Assembly (NCBI RefSeq): GCF_963921235.1
Contig: NC_086097.1
Location: 46,564,001 to 46,628,000, forward strand
DNA: 64,000 nt
Direction of reading: 5' to 3'
Source of the DNA: Mobula hypostoma
Lineage: Eukaryota
The notes under the pieces are model-generated. The model did no database searches and was not told where the DNA came from. It worked only from the letters and a program-made list of their open reading frames with translations. Position numbers and translations under genes: made by a program. Every line of letters begins with the position of its first letter. Position 1 is the stretch's first letter. Positions 22,157-33,990 of the stretch are shown piece by piece.

Positions 22157-23929
22157 ATTATTCCATAACATTTTTCTGATATCCAGTTACATTTACCTAT
22201 ATAAATTGTGCTGTGGACTATTTAAAATAAATGCTAAAGAACAAACAAAATACAAAAATGTAACAAGCTAGAAAAGTTTTTTAACATTTCCTTTGCAGAT
22301 ATCAAAAATATATATGCAAGAACGCATCAGTATCCTAACTCACAAATGACAGCTGATGCTTGAATCTTATCATCTCATAAAACCTCTCCACTGAAAGGAA
22401 ACTTCTTTCAGAACTTACAAGAAATGCATATGGCATTTTCTTTATTTTGCTGTCATTTCCCCTTTTAATGCCCCCAACACATATGGGTTGCAAATGTCAT
22501 TCTGCATGGCTGAAAATAATCTCAGTGCGTGAAGAGTTAAAGCAGCTAAAAATGTTCGTTTTTCAACGTCATGCCGTAATTATAAGGTTTGTACCTTCTG
22601 ACACCATGCAATAGCCTTTGAATTGGACTGATAAAAGATATAATTATCTTCCAGTTGCAGAAGTCAGCAACATTGATGGTGACTCCACATGTTACTTCTT
22701 TTTAATTTTGTACCAAAATATTGGAATATAAATAAATCAACATTTCCAGTAATTGTTAGCACAGTTCGAAAAGGAAAATTGCTTGCCAGCAGGACAAAAT
22801 AACAGTTGTGACTATATTCGTCTGTCAGCAAATACCCCAAAATTTGAGATAAACTATTGCATTAATCACGCACAAATGCACAGATTTTCAAAATGCTGAT
22901 TACTCATTTCATTTGACACATCTCAAATATCCAAATTAATTACAAAATCATGGCACAGATTCTGCAGCAGAAATTTTCAACAAAAAGCTAATTAATTGTG
23001 ATTCATTTGGCATTAGTTAAGCAAAGTCTGCCCACTTCCAGCTGTGCCATAGTATCGTCTGGTAAGCAGTTATACCGAAGTCCATAAAGGGAGAAGGAAA
23101 AGCTGGAAGAATCCCAACCAACACAAATCAGGAATCTACATATTAACAATATAGTGCAGACTACAGACTGTAGTATTGTTATGCAGTGTGTGTAACTTGC
23201 ACATTCTGTTTTATTATGCTAAACAAAATGGCAAATGGCAAATGTAAGAAACCTGCTATTATTTGTACTGCACAATGCCACTTCTAATTTTGGCCACTGG
23301 TGTTAGTATTGATTCTGTTCTTACAGGCAGTATTCTAATGCTGACAATAAATTAATTAATGTTTCAGCAATATTACTGTAGCTAATAGTAATTATAAACA
23401 TTGGGCCTACCTTTATTGGGAAGTTTTACTGAAAGATTTTTCAAGATTTTCTTAGCAACACATCAAAATTTTGAAAGCTGTAACCTTATTTGCTCTTCAT
23501 GATGGATTTGTAAGAAAGAGCTGCTATGGAGAGGTTTTGGTCTGTGACAGCACTGCAAATGAAGAGTCGATGTGGTTTTGTTAAGGCCGATCTGGTAAAT
23601 GACAAAAATCAATAAACTCCTTCCCCCCCCACAGCCTCCTCTGGAAGAAGTAGAATCACTCCGCTTTGCTTCAATTAAGCCCACATGTAGATATTCCCAC
23701 AGATATGTAGCTATTCCAGCTTCGATCAACACTAAATTTGTTATTTGACTGAAAAAGAAACTTATGAGCATTTGATAGGCCTTCCAGTCAAGGTGTTGCT
23801 GAGCCTCCATCTCTGCCAAAGTTATGGCTCAAATTTAGTTGTTTTTTAGATTTGTCGGGATGATTTTAAGGACAGAAGGGGGTGATAGGAATCAGGTTAA
23901 GGTTTAGGGACATGGATGTGAGGGAGTTA

Positions 23930-24408
23930 GAGGTCAGGCTGGAGCCTAGCTCTCCACTCCACACTCCATGTTCAAGGCCAGCAACATGGATGTAGGACAA
24001 AGGCAGACCAGAGAGGATGAGTACTGGCGCCCTCAGAGAATCGTTGGCAAGCTCTGGGATCAGAGTTCCATATGGTCAGAAGGCGGGAGTACCAGTGAAC
24101 TCTGAGGTACACAGATCACCGAGACCAGAGTTTGAGGCCTAGTGTTCAGGGTTCCGTCACCAGTGAGTCCGGAGTTCAGGACCTGGAGTGTGAGTGTGTG
24201 TGTGTTTGTTTGTGCACAGGGCTTGTTGTGCTGTTGTTGTTTTGTTGTGTTCTGTGTTGTTCTGTCGAGCATTTGGCACCAGAATCTGAGGCAACACTTG
24301 TAGGTTGTCCCCAGGACATCCTTAGATTGTGGTAGTTGTTAGCACAAGCAACGCATTTCACTGCATATTTTGATGTACATGTGATAAGTAAATGAATCTA
24401 AATCTGAG
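23930..24408 (+). mobile_element. Non-coding interspersed repeat with Rex1/L2-type tail
   Basis: Ends CATTTCACTGCATATTTTGATGTACATGTGATAAGTAAATGAATCT; the same tail occurs inverted at about 39148-39295. Confidence 0.55.
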
Positions 24409-24867
24409 ATAGCACACTCCAACATTTTAGCTTTTCATGTTCAGTACAGATCACATTTGATACATAAATCCTCAGTTTTCCAGTTCAACAAAAATGGCTT
24501 CAGGATAATTAATATACTTGACAATTTGCAATGAACCAACCACTCTGTCACCTACTGACCATACCAATTCAAATAGGAATTGGAGTAGGTTATGTTCCCA
24601 AGATGGTTTAAAGTATATTACTTCTATAGTGGTTTTAAATTTGACAAAACAAGTTCATGATCTGCACTTAGCTTGAATGCAAAATCAAAGCCAGGACATA
24701 AGTACACCACAAACGCATTACCCCTTGGGATAAATGTCCAACGGGGCAAGATAGTCTTTTAGCATTTAATATTTTGACTTTTCGTATTCAACATTGAAAA
24801 GTACATGCAAAAAAATTCCTCTTGGGATATCAACATTACCTATGAATTGGCTGAGATCTAATATAAC

Positions 24868-25072
24868 TTTATTTTTATTTCGAGATACAATATGGTATGG
24901 GACCTTCTGGCCCAACAAGCCCACATCGCCCATTTACACCTATGTGACCAATTAACCTGCTGGCCCGTACGTCATTCCAATGTGGGAGGAAACCAGAGCA
25001 CCCAGAGGAAACACAAGTAGTCATGGGGAGAACGTACGAACCCATTCCTGACAGCAGGAACTGAACCCGGGC
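24868..25072 (-). mobile_element. HE1-like V-SINE, partial
   Basis: V-domain GGGAGGAAACCAGAGCACCCAGAGGAAAC read on the plus strand; CR1-derived tail; homologous to 51337-51615. Confidence 0.8.
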
Positions 25073-25529
25073 TTTAGAAGGCCGCTTTTAAAAAGTAAAA
25101 TTAAAACCGAGTAGTTTATAACAATGTTACTGATTTCCTCTTCAGCTCTCAAACTTCTTAGCAGTTTTCTGAAATACAACTTCCTTATAGACTACGTTAA
25201 TTTTCATCATTCTTGCACTGTTACTCACAATAAAGTAAAACTCTGTGAGGAAATATGGACTAGAACATATACCAAGATAGACTAGGGCAGTATTGCAAAT
25301 TATTTTAAGATTCCAAGTTTGCTGTATAATAAATCTGATAGATGTTGACATTATGGCTGAGGTGACCCTTTGTCTTGGAATGGATAATCAGTAAATGGGG
25401 TCAGCTGTCAGAAGTCTTTAGGACAAATTCAGAGATCCTAACTGAAATGATACTGATGGTATTTTTCTGAAACTTTGCTTTTACGGGTGGCAAAATGCTC
25501 TATGTATTTGTAAGATCAATAAACTCATA

Positions 25530-25932
25530 CACTTAGTGGCCACTTTACTAAGTACACCTGTACATCTACTTGTTAATACAAACATCCAATCAGCCAATCA
25601 TGTGCCTGCTACTCAATGCCTAAAAACATGCAGGCAAGGCCAAGTGGTTCAGTTGTTCAGTTCAAGCATCAGAATGGGGGAAAATGTGATCTAAATGACT
25701 TTGACCGTGGAATGATTGTTGGTGCTAAATGGGGCGGTTTGAGTATCTCAGACACACCTGATCTCCTGGGATTTCATCATACAACAGTTTCTAGCTTAAT
25801 AGATCAAGATGTGAAAGACAAAACAGTATGCAGTGAGCAGCATCTTGAAGTGGATGGGCTACAGCAGTAGGAAATCATGAACATACACTCAGTGGCCACT
25901 TTATTAGGTACAGGAGGTGTGGCCACTGAGTG
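25530..25932 (+). mobile_element. Non-autonomous Tc1/mariner element
   Basis: TA-flanked TIRs CACT(T/C)AGTGGCCAC...GTGGCCACTGAGTG; transposase N-terminal HTH remnant KCDLNDFDRGMIVGAKWGGLSISDTPDLLGFHHTTVS. Confidence 0.9.
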
Positions 25933-26223
25933 TATGATTTATATACAGTTTACATATAGCACACAATTTGTATGACAAGAAGCTTTATGATCTCTAGGAT
26001 ATCTTAAAGGGTTCTTTTGACTGCCCAAGCTGATTAATTTTCTCTTTAGGGTATTTACTGAACCAAGAATGGCAGTTAGGAAGGACATATCACACTAAAA
26101 ATAAACTTTTAATTAAAACTTATCAGTTGTTCTACTGAATGGAGCAAAGGGCCATCACATTTAAGCTAAGAAGGGAAACTTTACACTGGCCAAAGGATGT
26201 AAGAAAATGCCTTATTAATTAAT

Positions 26224-26531
26224 GAATAGACATCCGTTAGTCTCATGAGACCATGGATTTGCGCCTTGGAAAGTTTCCAGGGCGCAGGCCCGGGCAAGGT
26301 CGTATGGAAGACCAGCAGTTGCCCATGCTGCAAGTCTCCCCTCTCCACGCCACTGATGTTGTCCAAGGGAAGGGCATTAGGACCCATACAGCTTGACACC
26401 GGTGTCATCACAGAGCAATGTGTGGTTAAGTGCCTTGTTCAAGGACACACACGCTGCCTCAGCCAAGGCTCGAACTAGCGACCTTCAAATCACTAGATGA
26501 ATGCCTTAACCACTTGGCCACGTGCCAACAC
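26224..26531 (-). mobile_element. Second copy of the composite tRNA/CORE-like/RTE-like SINE
   Basis: Reverse-complement homologue of 4421-4735; TSD TATTAATTAAT at 26213-26223 and 26532-26542. Confidence 0.88.
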
Positions 26532-26605
26532 TATTAATTAATACCATTTCCTATTTGCATCCATCATGGGATCAGATAAGAAATTCTACATTTTGAACAA
26601 GGGTG

Positions 26606-27669
26606 CATTTCACGTACATCTGCTCTCACTCCATCCTCCCACCACCCCACTAGGAATAGGGTTCCCCTGGTCTTCACCTACCACCCCACCAGCCTCCGGG
26701 TCCAACATATTATTCTCCGTAACTTCCGCCACCTCCAACGGGATCCCACCACTAAGCATATCTTTCCCTCCCCCCCTCTCTCTGCATTCCGCAGGGATCG
26801 CTCCCTACACAACTCCCTTGTCCATTCGTCCCCCCCATCCCTCCCCACTGATCTCCCTCCTGGCACTTATCCGTGTAAGCGGAACAAGTGCTACACATGT
26901 CCTTACACTTCCTCCCTTACCACCATTCAGGGCCCCAAACAGTCCTTCCAGGTGAGGCATCACTTCACCTGTGAGTCGACTGGGGTGATATACTGCGTCC
27001 AGTGCTCCCGATGTGGCCTTTTATATATTGGTGAGACCCGACGCAGACTGGGAGACCGCTTTGCTGAACATCTACGCTCTGTCCGCCAGAGAAAGCAGGA
27101 TCTCCCAGTGGCCACACATTTTAATTCCACATCCCATTCCCATTCTGACATGTCTATCCACGGCCTCCTCTACTGTAAAGATGAACCCACACTCAGGTTG
27201 GAGGAACAACACCTTATATTCCGTATGGGTAGCCTCCAACCTGATGGCATGAACATTGACTTCTCTAACTTCCGCTAGGCCCCACCTCCCCCTCGTACCC
27301 CATCTGTTACTCTTTTTTATGCACACATTCTTTCTCTCACTCTCCTTTTTCTCCCTCTGTCCCTCTGAATATACCTCTTGCCCATCCTCTGGGTCACCCC
27401 CCCCCGTCTTTCTTCCCGGACCTCCTGTCCCATGATCCTCTCGTATCCCCTTCTGCCTATCACCTGTCCAGCTCTCGGCTCCATCCCTCCCCCTCCTGTC
27501 TTCTCCTATCATTTTGCATCTCCCTCTCCCCCTCCAGCTTTCAAATCCCTTACTCACTCTTCCTTCAGTTAGTCCTGACGAAGGGTCTCGGCCTGAAACG
27601 TCGACTGCGCCTCTTCCTATAGATGCTGCCTGGCCTGCTGCGTTCACCAGCAACTTTGATGGGTGTTGC
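26606..27669 (+). mobile_element. Young 5'-truncated Penelope-like element (Neptune-type)
   Basis: Cys linker YPCKRNKCYTCPY; intact GIY-YIG GVIYCVQCSRCGLLYIGETRRRLGDRFAEH...RLEEQHLIFRMGSLQPDGMN; CpG-rich; pLTR present. Confidence 0.95.
27570..27607 (+). ncRNA. Minimal type I hammerhead ribozyme motif
   Basis: TAGTC-CTGACGA-AGG GTCTCGG CCT-GAAA-CG-TC^-GACTG: full catalytic core, stem I and stem II pair, palindromic ACGT in place of stem III. Confidence 0.8.
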
Positions 27670-27942
27670 AAAGATTAGAGTGGTCACAGTTGTAAACCTG
27701 CTTCCATATTTCACAAGCACCTCACTGGCACAATATTTCAGGGCATGGAATATTTCTATACCTAGATCTCCATGCCCTTAATGCTGCAGTTTGAACTTTG
27801 TACCTGCTCCCTACCTTACAATATTTAATATTAAAGCACTTTAGTTTGTTTTTATGTGTGATTCATCTGTAGATTTTATCCTTACCTTCATAAGTTATTC
27901 TGTGTATTTGTACTACTGGGCTTTACACCCTGATTTAGAGAA

Positions 27943-28737
27943 CCTATCCCTGTAAGCGGAACAAATGTTACACATACCCTTACACTTCCTCCCTCACTAC
28001 CATTCAGGGCCCCAGACAGTCCTTCCAGGTGAGGCAACACTTCACCTGTGAGTCGGCTGGGGTGATATACTGCGTCCGGTGCTCCCAATGCAGCCTTCTA
28101 TATATTGGCGAGATCCGACGCAGACTGGGAGATCGTTTTGCTGAACACCTACGCTCTGTCCCCAGAGAAAGCAGGATCTTCCAGTGGCCACACATTTTAA
28201 TTCCACATCCCACTCCCATTCTGATATGTTTATCCACGGCCTCCTCTACTGTCAAGATGAAGCCACACTCAGGTTGAAGGAACAACACCTTATATTCTGT
28301 CTGGGTGGCCTCCAACCTGATGCCATGAACACTGACTTCTCAAACTTCCTCTAATGCCCCACCTCCTCCTCGTACCCCATCCAGTATTTATTTATATACA
28401 CACATTCTTTTTCTCTCTCTCCTTTTTCTCCCTCTGTCCCTCTCACTATACCACTTGCCCATCCTCTGGTTTTTTCCCCCCCTCCCCCTTTTCTTTCTCC
28501 CTAAGCCTCCTGTTCCATGATCCTGTCATACCCCTTTTGCCAATCACCTGTCCAGCTCTTGGCTCCATCCCTCCCCCTCCTGTCTTCTCCTATCATTTTG
28601 GATCTCCCCCTCCCCCTCTTACTAGCTCTTCTTTCAGTTAGTCCTGACGAAGGGTCTCGGCCTGAAACGTCAACTGTATCTCTTCCTAGAGATGCTGCCT
28701 GGCCTGCTGTGTTCAGCAGCAACTTTTATGTGTGTTG
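27943..28737 (+). mobile_element. 5'-truncated Penelope-like element with TSD
   Basis: GVIYCVRCSQCSLLYIGE; pLTR; TSD TTTAGAGAA at 27934-27942 and 28738-28746. Confidence 0.93.
28640..28676 (+). ncRNA. Minimal hammerhead ribozyme motif, one stem I mismatch
   Basis: AGTC-CTGACGA-AGGGTCTCGGCCT-GAAA-CG-TC^-AACTG. Confidence 0.7.
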
Positions 28738-29154
28738 TTTAGAGAAAGGTTGTCTTGTTTCTATATACATTATATAGTTATATACATGTATATAATTAAA
28801 TGACAATAAACTTGATTTGACTTGACTTGTAGTTGACAATTAAAACTACTTTTAATGAATAATGTGTCATTATTTTAAATTACCTTTTGAAATCCAGAAA
28901 GGACACCTGCATGAACTCAATTTAACCAGTTTGGGAGGAGCACTTTCAGCTGTCTATTGTGATTATTGGGTTGTCCATACCCCTGCTGCTCAGCTCCCAG
29001 AAATCATTCTGAGAAGCCATATGCAGATGGAGGCTGAGGGTGGGGATGGAGGTAAGGGACTAGAGCTAAAAATGCACAAGTTATATTTGCAGGCTGCTTT
29101 ATTTATTTGCTTGTTTATTTATTTGTGATATGATATAGCTATACTATAGGTTGG

Positions 29155-29900
29155 TACACAGAATCATCAAATGGTTGCATCTTAGGATGATGTTCAACCC
29201 ATCCAATCCATATTAACTTAAGTAAGAACATTTCATTGGTCTTACTTCCCTGCTTTCACTTCATAACTCTGCAAATCCTCTCCTTTCAGACACTTGTACA
29301 GCATTCATTTGAACATCCAACTGCACTCGAATCTACTTCATTATCTCTCACAGTATATTCCAGACTATAAGCATTTGCTGAGGGAATGATATTAGGGCAG
29401 CACTGTTGGCCCAGAAGCTTGATATTATCTTTCTTATTAAAATATGTTTAATTGCCTGTGAGTGTGATTTACTGCTACATGTTGGAATGTACTGGCAGTT
29501 ACATTAATATAATGACATAATAGGTGGTTGGGTCTTCACAGATAGCGAGCTCCTAACCTGACCAAGTTAACCAGTATAATTAATGAAATGATATGTTTCC
29601 AGTCTGCTACATACCAAACCAGGAGTCTTACTGTTCTTAGCTAATTTGATATCCATTCTGCTATTTCTTATTCCATAGCTTTCAGCCTTTTATGTGGGTC
29701 CTTGTCAAAGGGCTTTTGGAAGTCCATACCTTGAGGAAGTTGCAAATGCCTTTTGGAAGATATGAATTGATCTTTCAAATGCTCATGCATGTCTTTAGTA
29801 CTGTTCGGGTTATTAGTGGGCAACCATTGGTTTGAGATTGATAAAGGGAAAATTGACAGGAGCAGCCAAGGATTAGTAGGCTGGGATGTGAGAACAGTGA
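29155..29900 (-). mobile_element. Very old CR1 fossil
   Basis: Minus ORF MDFQKPFDKDPHKRL resembles LDFQKAFDKVPHKRL; decayed CR1 tail near 29160-29380. Confidence 0.55.
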
Positions 29901-29954
29901 CATGCAATTATGAAGTTATTTTGATCTTACCACATATTTTTTGTACAAAAGGAA

Positions 29955-30335
29955 ATGAATGTGGATGTGGAGGCCTCCAGCAGTCAGAGTTGACCATAGG
30001 TATAATGTCCTAGTTGTCTGGGTACACAAGCCTGGGCAGCACGATACAGCGAGCCAGCTATTGCCCATGTTGCAAGCTCCCCTTCTCCATGCACCTGATG
30101 AACGCAAAGGAACGGCAGAGACCGATACAGTTTGGTACCAGCAGCGTCACAGGAGTTGCCAGTCAGCATTGAGCTCAATGTAGGACTGCCTTAGGGACTT
30201 CAGTTCTGGAGTTTTTTTCTTTGGCCTTTACTCCTGAAGTCTCCCCATGAGTGGGTACAGCAACAAGGCAGTGGTGGTTTCAGATCAGAGTTTTTCTTTT
30301 CCTACGTGAGCTGCCAACCAGTGGTGATGTCCATT
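29955..30335 (-). mobile_element. Non-coding bipartite RTE-derived element (5' UTR plus 3' tail)
   Basis: Minus strand GGTTGGCAGCTCACGTAGGAAAAGAAAAACTCTGATCTGAAACC resembles RTE 5' UTRs as I recall them; its 3' half is homologous to the body and tail of the SINEs at 4421 and 26224. Confidence 0.65.
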
Positions 30336-31174
30336 ATTCAAAACTGGAATTAGTCGTACCCGGATTCCAACTAGCCACATGTGGCTAGTGGCTAATTCAG
30401 CAACCTGACCTGCCAATATTCTTTCCTTTTGCCTCTTAGAATATCTTTTAATGGTACTTTCTACCTGAGGCCTGTGTGCTGACAGATGAGCAAGACTGGA
30501 ACAACTCTCAAAAGAGCACTAGAAACCCAGTTAAAATAAATTGAAACCAATCAACCAATATTGATTTGCACTGATCTCACTGCCTTTGGTGTACATTGCT
30601 GTGAGAGCATGTAGGAAAGGTAAAAGCTTGCAGCTATAAAACATTCACCCATAAATATAAGGGAGGATAAATGGCAAATGGAAAAAATTAAATCTAATGT
30701 GCGACACAGAGCCCAGCTGAAATGCTGAAACAACTGAAGAGGACAGATTGTGGGGGAATACCAACTCCATGGTAACAGCTGAAGAAATACTTTCATAGAG
30801 AGTCTGAGCAGCTGCTGAAGACATCATAGCCTTAGAGGTGCAGAGAGAATGAAAGTGTTGTTAATAGTGTCAGCATTAATTCCGTACTTCTGAAGAGAAA
30901 AACATGTTTTTCATGTTTTGTTTAACTATTTCAGGGCGAAGTTTTTGAATGAGTTACAGTGAAATCACAGCTTCTGTGCAGCTGACATGCAATCTGGTGC
31001 TTTTGAGAGGGTTTGATGTGGGCTGGAGCCAAAGTCCTCTCACAGCAAAGGAATGAGATCTTGAGTGGGGCTGGACAGAATAGCCTCACTGACCTTAATC
31101 CTGATAAACATCTCAGGCATATGTGCTATCCACTCAGAATCAGAATTGATGGTTTAGTTAAAAATAGCAGCAAC

Positions 31175-31400
31175 AAAAAGGCTTTGATCTGAAATGTTAG
31201 CTTGGTTTTTCCTCCACAGATGTGGCTTAACCAGCAATGTTTTTCCAGTGCTTTGTGTTTTATTTTAAATTGCCAGAATTTGCAGTATATGCTCAAGAAG
31301 CAGAATTGACCACGGGGTTTTGACCTAAATTGTTAACTATTTCTCTCTCTACAGACAGTGCTAGGCTATTGAAGTAACCAAAGCATTTCAGTTTGTAAAT
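31175..31400 (+). mobile_element. Two tandem decayed Penelope pLTR remnants
   Basis: GATCTGAAATGTTAGC...CCACAGATG and GACCTAAATTGTTAAC...CTACAGAC, both similar to the pLTR tail. Confidence 0.45.
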
Positions 31401-32491
31401 CTGGTGTTGATAGCTATCACCTTTTCCCTGAGCTCCATTTAACTCTGTGTCAAAAGTTTACTCAGATATTTCTGGTGGCATTTCATCCTAATGCCAATTT
31501 TATTATCAAAATACATTTAGTAATGGTTAGTAGTCAATGAGCAAAAATATTTCCTAAACACCATGCTGAAAGGACCTTCATACGTGGTACGTACCTTTAG
31601 CTCCACTTAAAATTTGCAACCAGGCATTGCCAGCCACGCTCAACCTGCCTGGACTCAATCCCCATCCTCTCCCACATCGACCTCATCCCTACATGAGCTC
31701 ATTCCACCTCCTACATACCCCTCTCACCCCACACCAGCCGGCAGCTTAAGTACTCATCGCCCGGCTCCAGCCTCGGATCAGGTTGATTCCAACACCCTCA
31801 TACTGACCTAGATGTTGACATTCCTGGGCCTCAAGTCATCCCAGGAATGTGGCAATCAAGTGGGTAGTGCATTTTTAAGTGTGTGGAACCCAGCCTCAGC
31901 CTCCCAACAGAGCCACAGTGAGTGAAAGTTCGTTGAAGTGCTCTGTCTTAATGACATTCACCAAGGTCAAGATCAATGCCCTTTGGCCCCTCAAATTATC
32001 ATGACTTGGACTGTCTGTCTGAACTCACACTTAAAACCCATCACTCGAATGCACCATACTTATTTATTGAGAATTGATATGTGATTAGGCACACTAGGAA
32101 ATCTTTCTGAGAAAAATGCACTATGAGCATTAGTGATAAAGAAAATTGAATCTGTTATTTTTTTTAAATGTTCATTGTAACAGATGGGATACTGTAGAGA
32201 GAGTGTTAGTACTGTATCTGGAATAATAGGACTGGTCCCGAACGGGCCAAATTACAGTCCTGTCTACCAATGATTGGAGTCAACTACATAATGGGAAAAT
32301 CACTGGCACTGTCTTTTATTCCTGTCATGAGCTCTGCTCCCTAGATACCAGCTCCTTCCCTCTCCCTAGCAACTGCTTGAAATGGAACCAATCTATGCAT
32401 AATCTTTCTGTCATATCAGATCCTCATTTAAATTTTAAGACCACAAGACTGTAAGACATAGGAGCAGAATTAGACCATTTAGTCCATCGAA

Positions 32492-33082
32492 TTGTGTCTC
32501 AGCAACAGCCTTACACTCTGTGTCAGTAAGACCAAAGAGCTGATCATGGAGTTCAGGAAGGGTAAGGTGAGGAAACACAAACAAATCATCATTAGGGGAT
32601 CAGAAGTAGAGAAAGTGAGCAATTTCAAGTTCCCGGGTGTCAATATCTCTGAGGATCTAACCTGTTCCAAGCATCGATGCAGCTATAAAGAAGGCAAGAC
32701 AGCAGCTATATTTCATTAGGAGTTTGAGGTGATTTGGTTTGTGACCTAAAACGCTCTAAAACATCTGCAGACGTACCGTGGAGAGCATTCCGATGGGTTG
32801 CATTACCATCTGGTGGGGAGGGTGGTGGTGGCTACTGCACAGGATCAAAAGAAGCTACAGAAAGTTATAAAATTAATCATCTTCATCATGGGTGCTAGCC
32901 TCCATAGTATCCAAGACATCTTCAAGGAGCAGTGTTTCCTAAAGGTGGTGTCGATTATTAAGGACCCCCCCCCCCATCACCCAGGACATGCCCTCTTCTT
33001 ATTGTACCATCGGGAAGGAGGTACAGAAGCCGAAAGGAACATACTCAGCAATTCAGGAACAGTTTCTTCCCCTCTTCCACCT
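32492..33082 (+). mobile_element. Decayed Rex1/Babar fragment
   Basis: VSKTKELIMEFRK, FKFPGVNISEDL, TAQDQKKLQKVI, HHPGHALF. Confidence 0.85.
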
Positions 33083-33139
33083 GTTAGAGTGATTTTTGGG
33101 TTTAGCTCATTTAGCAAATAACTTCAGCCACCAGTCTTT

Positions 33140-33990
33140 AAATAAGACCATAAGACATCGAAGAAGAATTAGGCCATACAGCCCATTGAGTCTGTTCCAC
33201 CATTCCATCACGGCTGATCCCAGATCCCACTGGCCTCACACCTGCCTTCTTGCCATATCCTTTGATGCCCTGACCAATCAGGAAACTATTGACTTCTGCC
33301 TTAAATATACCCATGGACTTGGCCTCCACCACAGTCTGCGGTAGAGTATTCCACAGATTCACTACTCTCTAGCTAAAATAATTCCACCTTACCTCTGTTC
33401 TAAAGGGTCAACCCTCAGTTTTGAGTCTGTGTCCTCTAGTTCTGGATATCCCCACTACAGGAAAGATCCTCTCCACATCCACCCTATTTAGTCCTATCAA
33501 TGAAATCCACCACCACCACCACCCCCCTGCATTCTTCTAAATTCCAGTGAGTACAGGCCCAAAGCTGCCAAATGCTCCTCAAATTCATTCCCAGAATCAT
33601 CCTCTGGAACCTCCTCTGATCTCTCTCCAATGATCTCACATCCTTTCTGAGATATGGGGCCCAAAACTGTTGACAATACTCCAAGTGTGGTCTAACTAAT
33701 GTCTTATAAAGCCTCAGCATTATCTCCTTGCTTTTATATTCTATTGCCCTTGAAATAAATGCCAACATTGCATTTGCCTTCTTTACCACAGACTCAACCT
33801 GTAAATTAACCTTCTGGGAGTCTTGCACAAGGACTCCTATGACACTCTGCACCTCTGATGTTTGACCCTTCTCCCCATTTAGATAATAGTCTGCACTATT
33901 GTTCCTTTTGCCAAAATGCATTATTATACATTTCCCAACATTGTATTCCATCTGCCACTTTTTTGCCCATTCTTCCCATCTAAGTCCTGC
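33140..33990 (-). mobile_element. CR1 LINE 3' part
   Basis: WAKKWQMEYNVGKC, LYKTLVRPHLEYCQQFWAPYLRKD; tail at 33140. Confidence 0.92.

Larger units (their letters stand above)
27795..28830 (+). mobile_element. Rex1/L2-type 3' UTR fragment interrupted by a Penelope insertion
   Basis: TTTACACCCTGATTTAGAGAA|AGGTTGTCTTG...AATAAAC(TTGAC)n reads through once the insert is removed. Confidence 0.6.

Noticed and set aside
23463..23819. 118-aa minus-strand ORF
   Set aside because: Non-ATG start, no recognisable domain and no splice support.
30095..30125. CTGATGA as a hammerhead core
   Set aside because: No stem II followed by GAAA and no stem I pairing.
32228..32262. Small hairpin AGGACTG...CAGTCCT
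   Set aside because: A 7-bp stem with an irregular interior is expected by chance in 64 kb.
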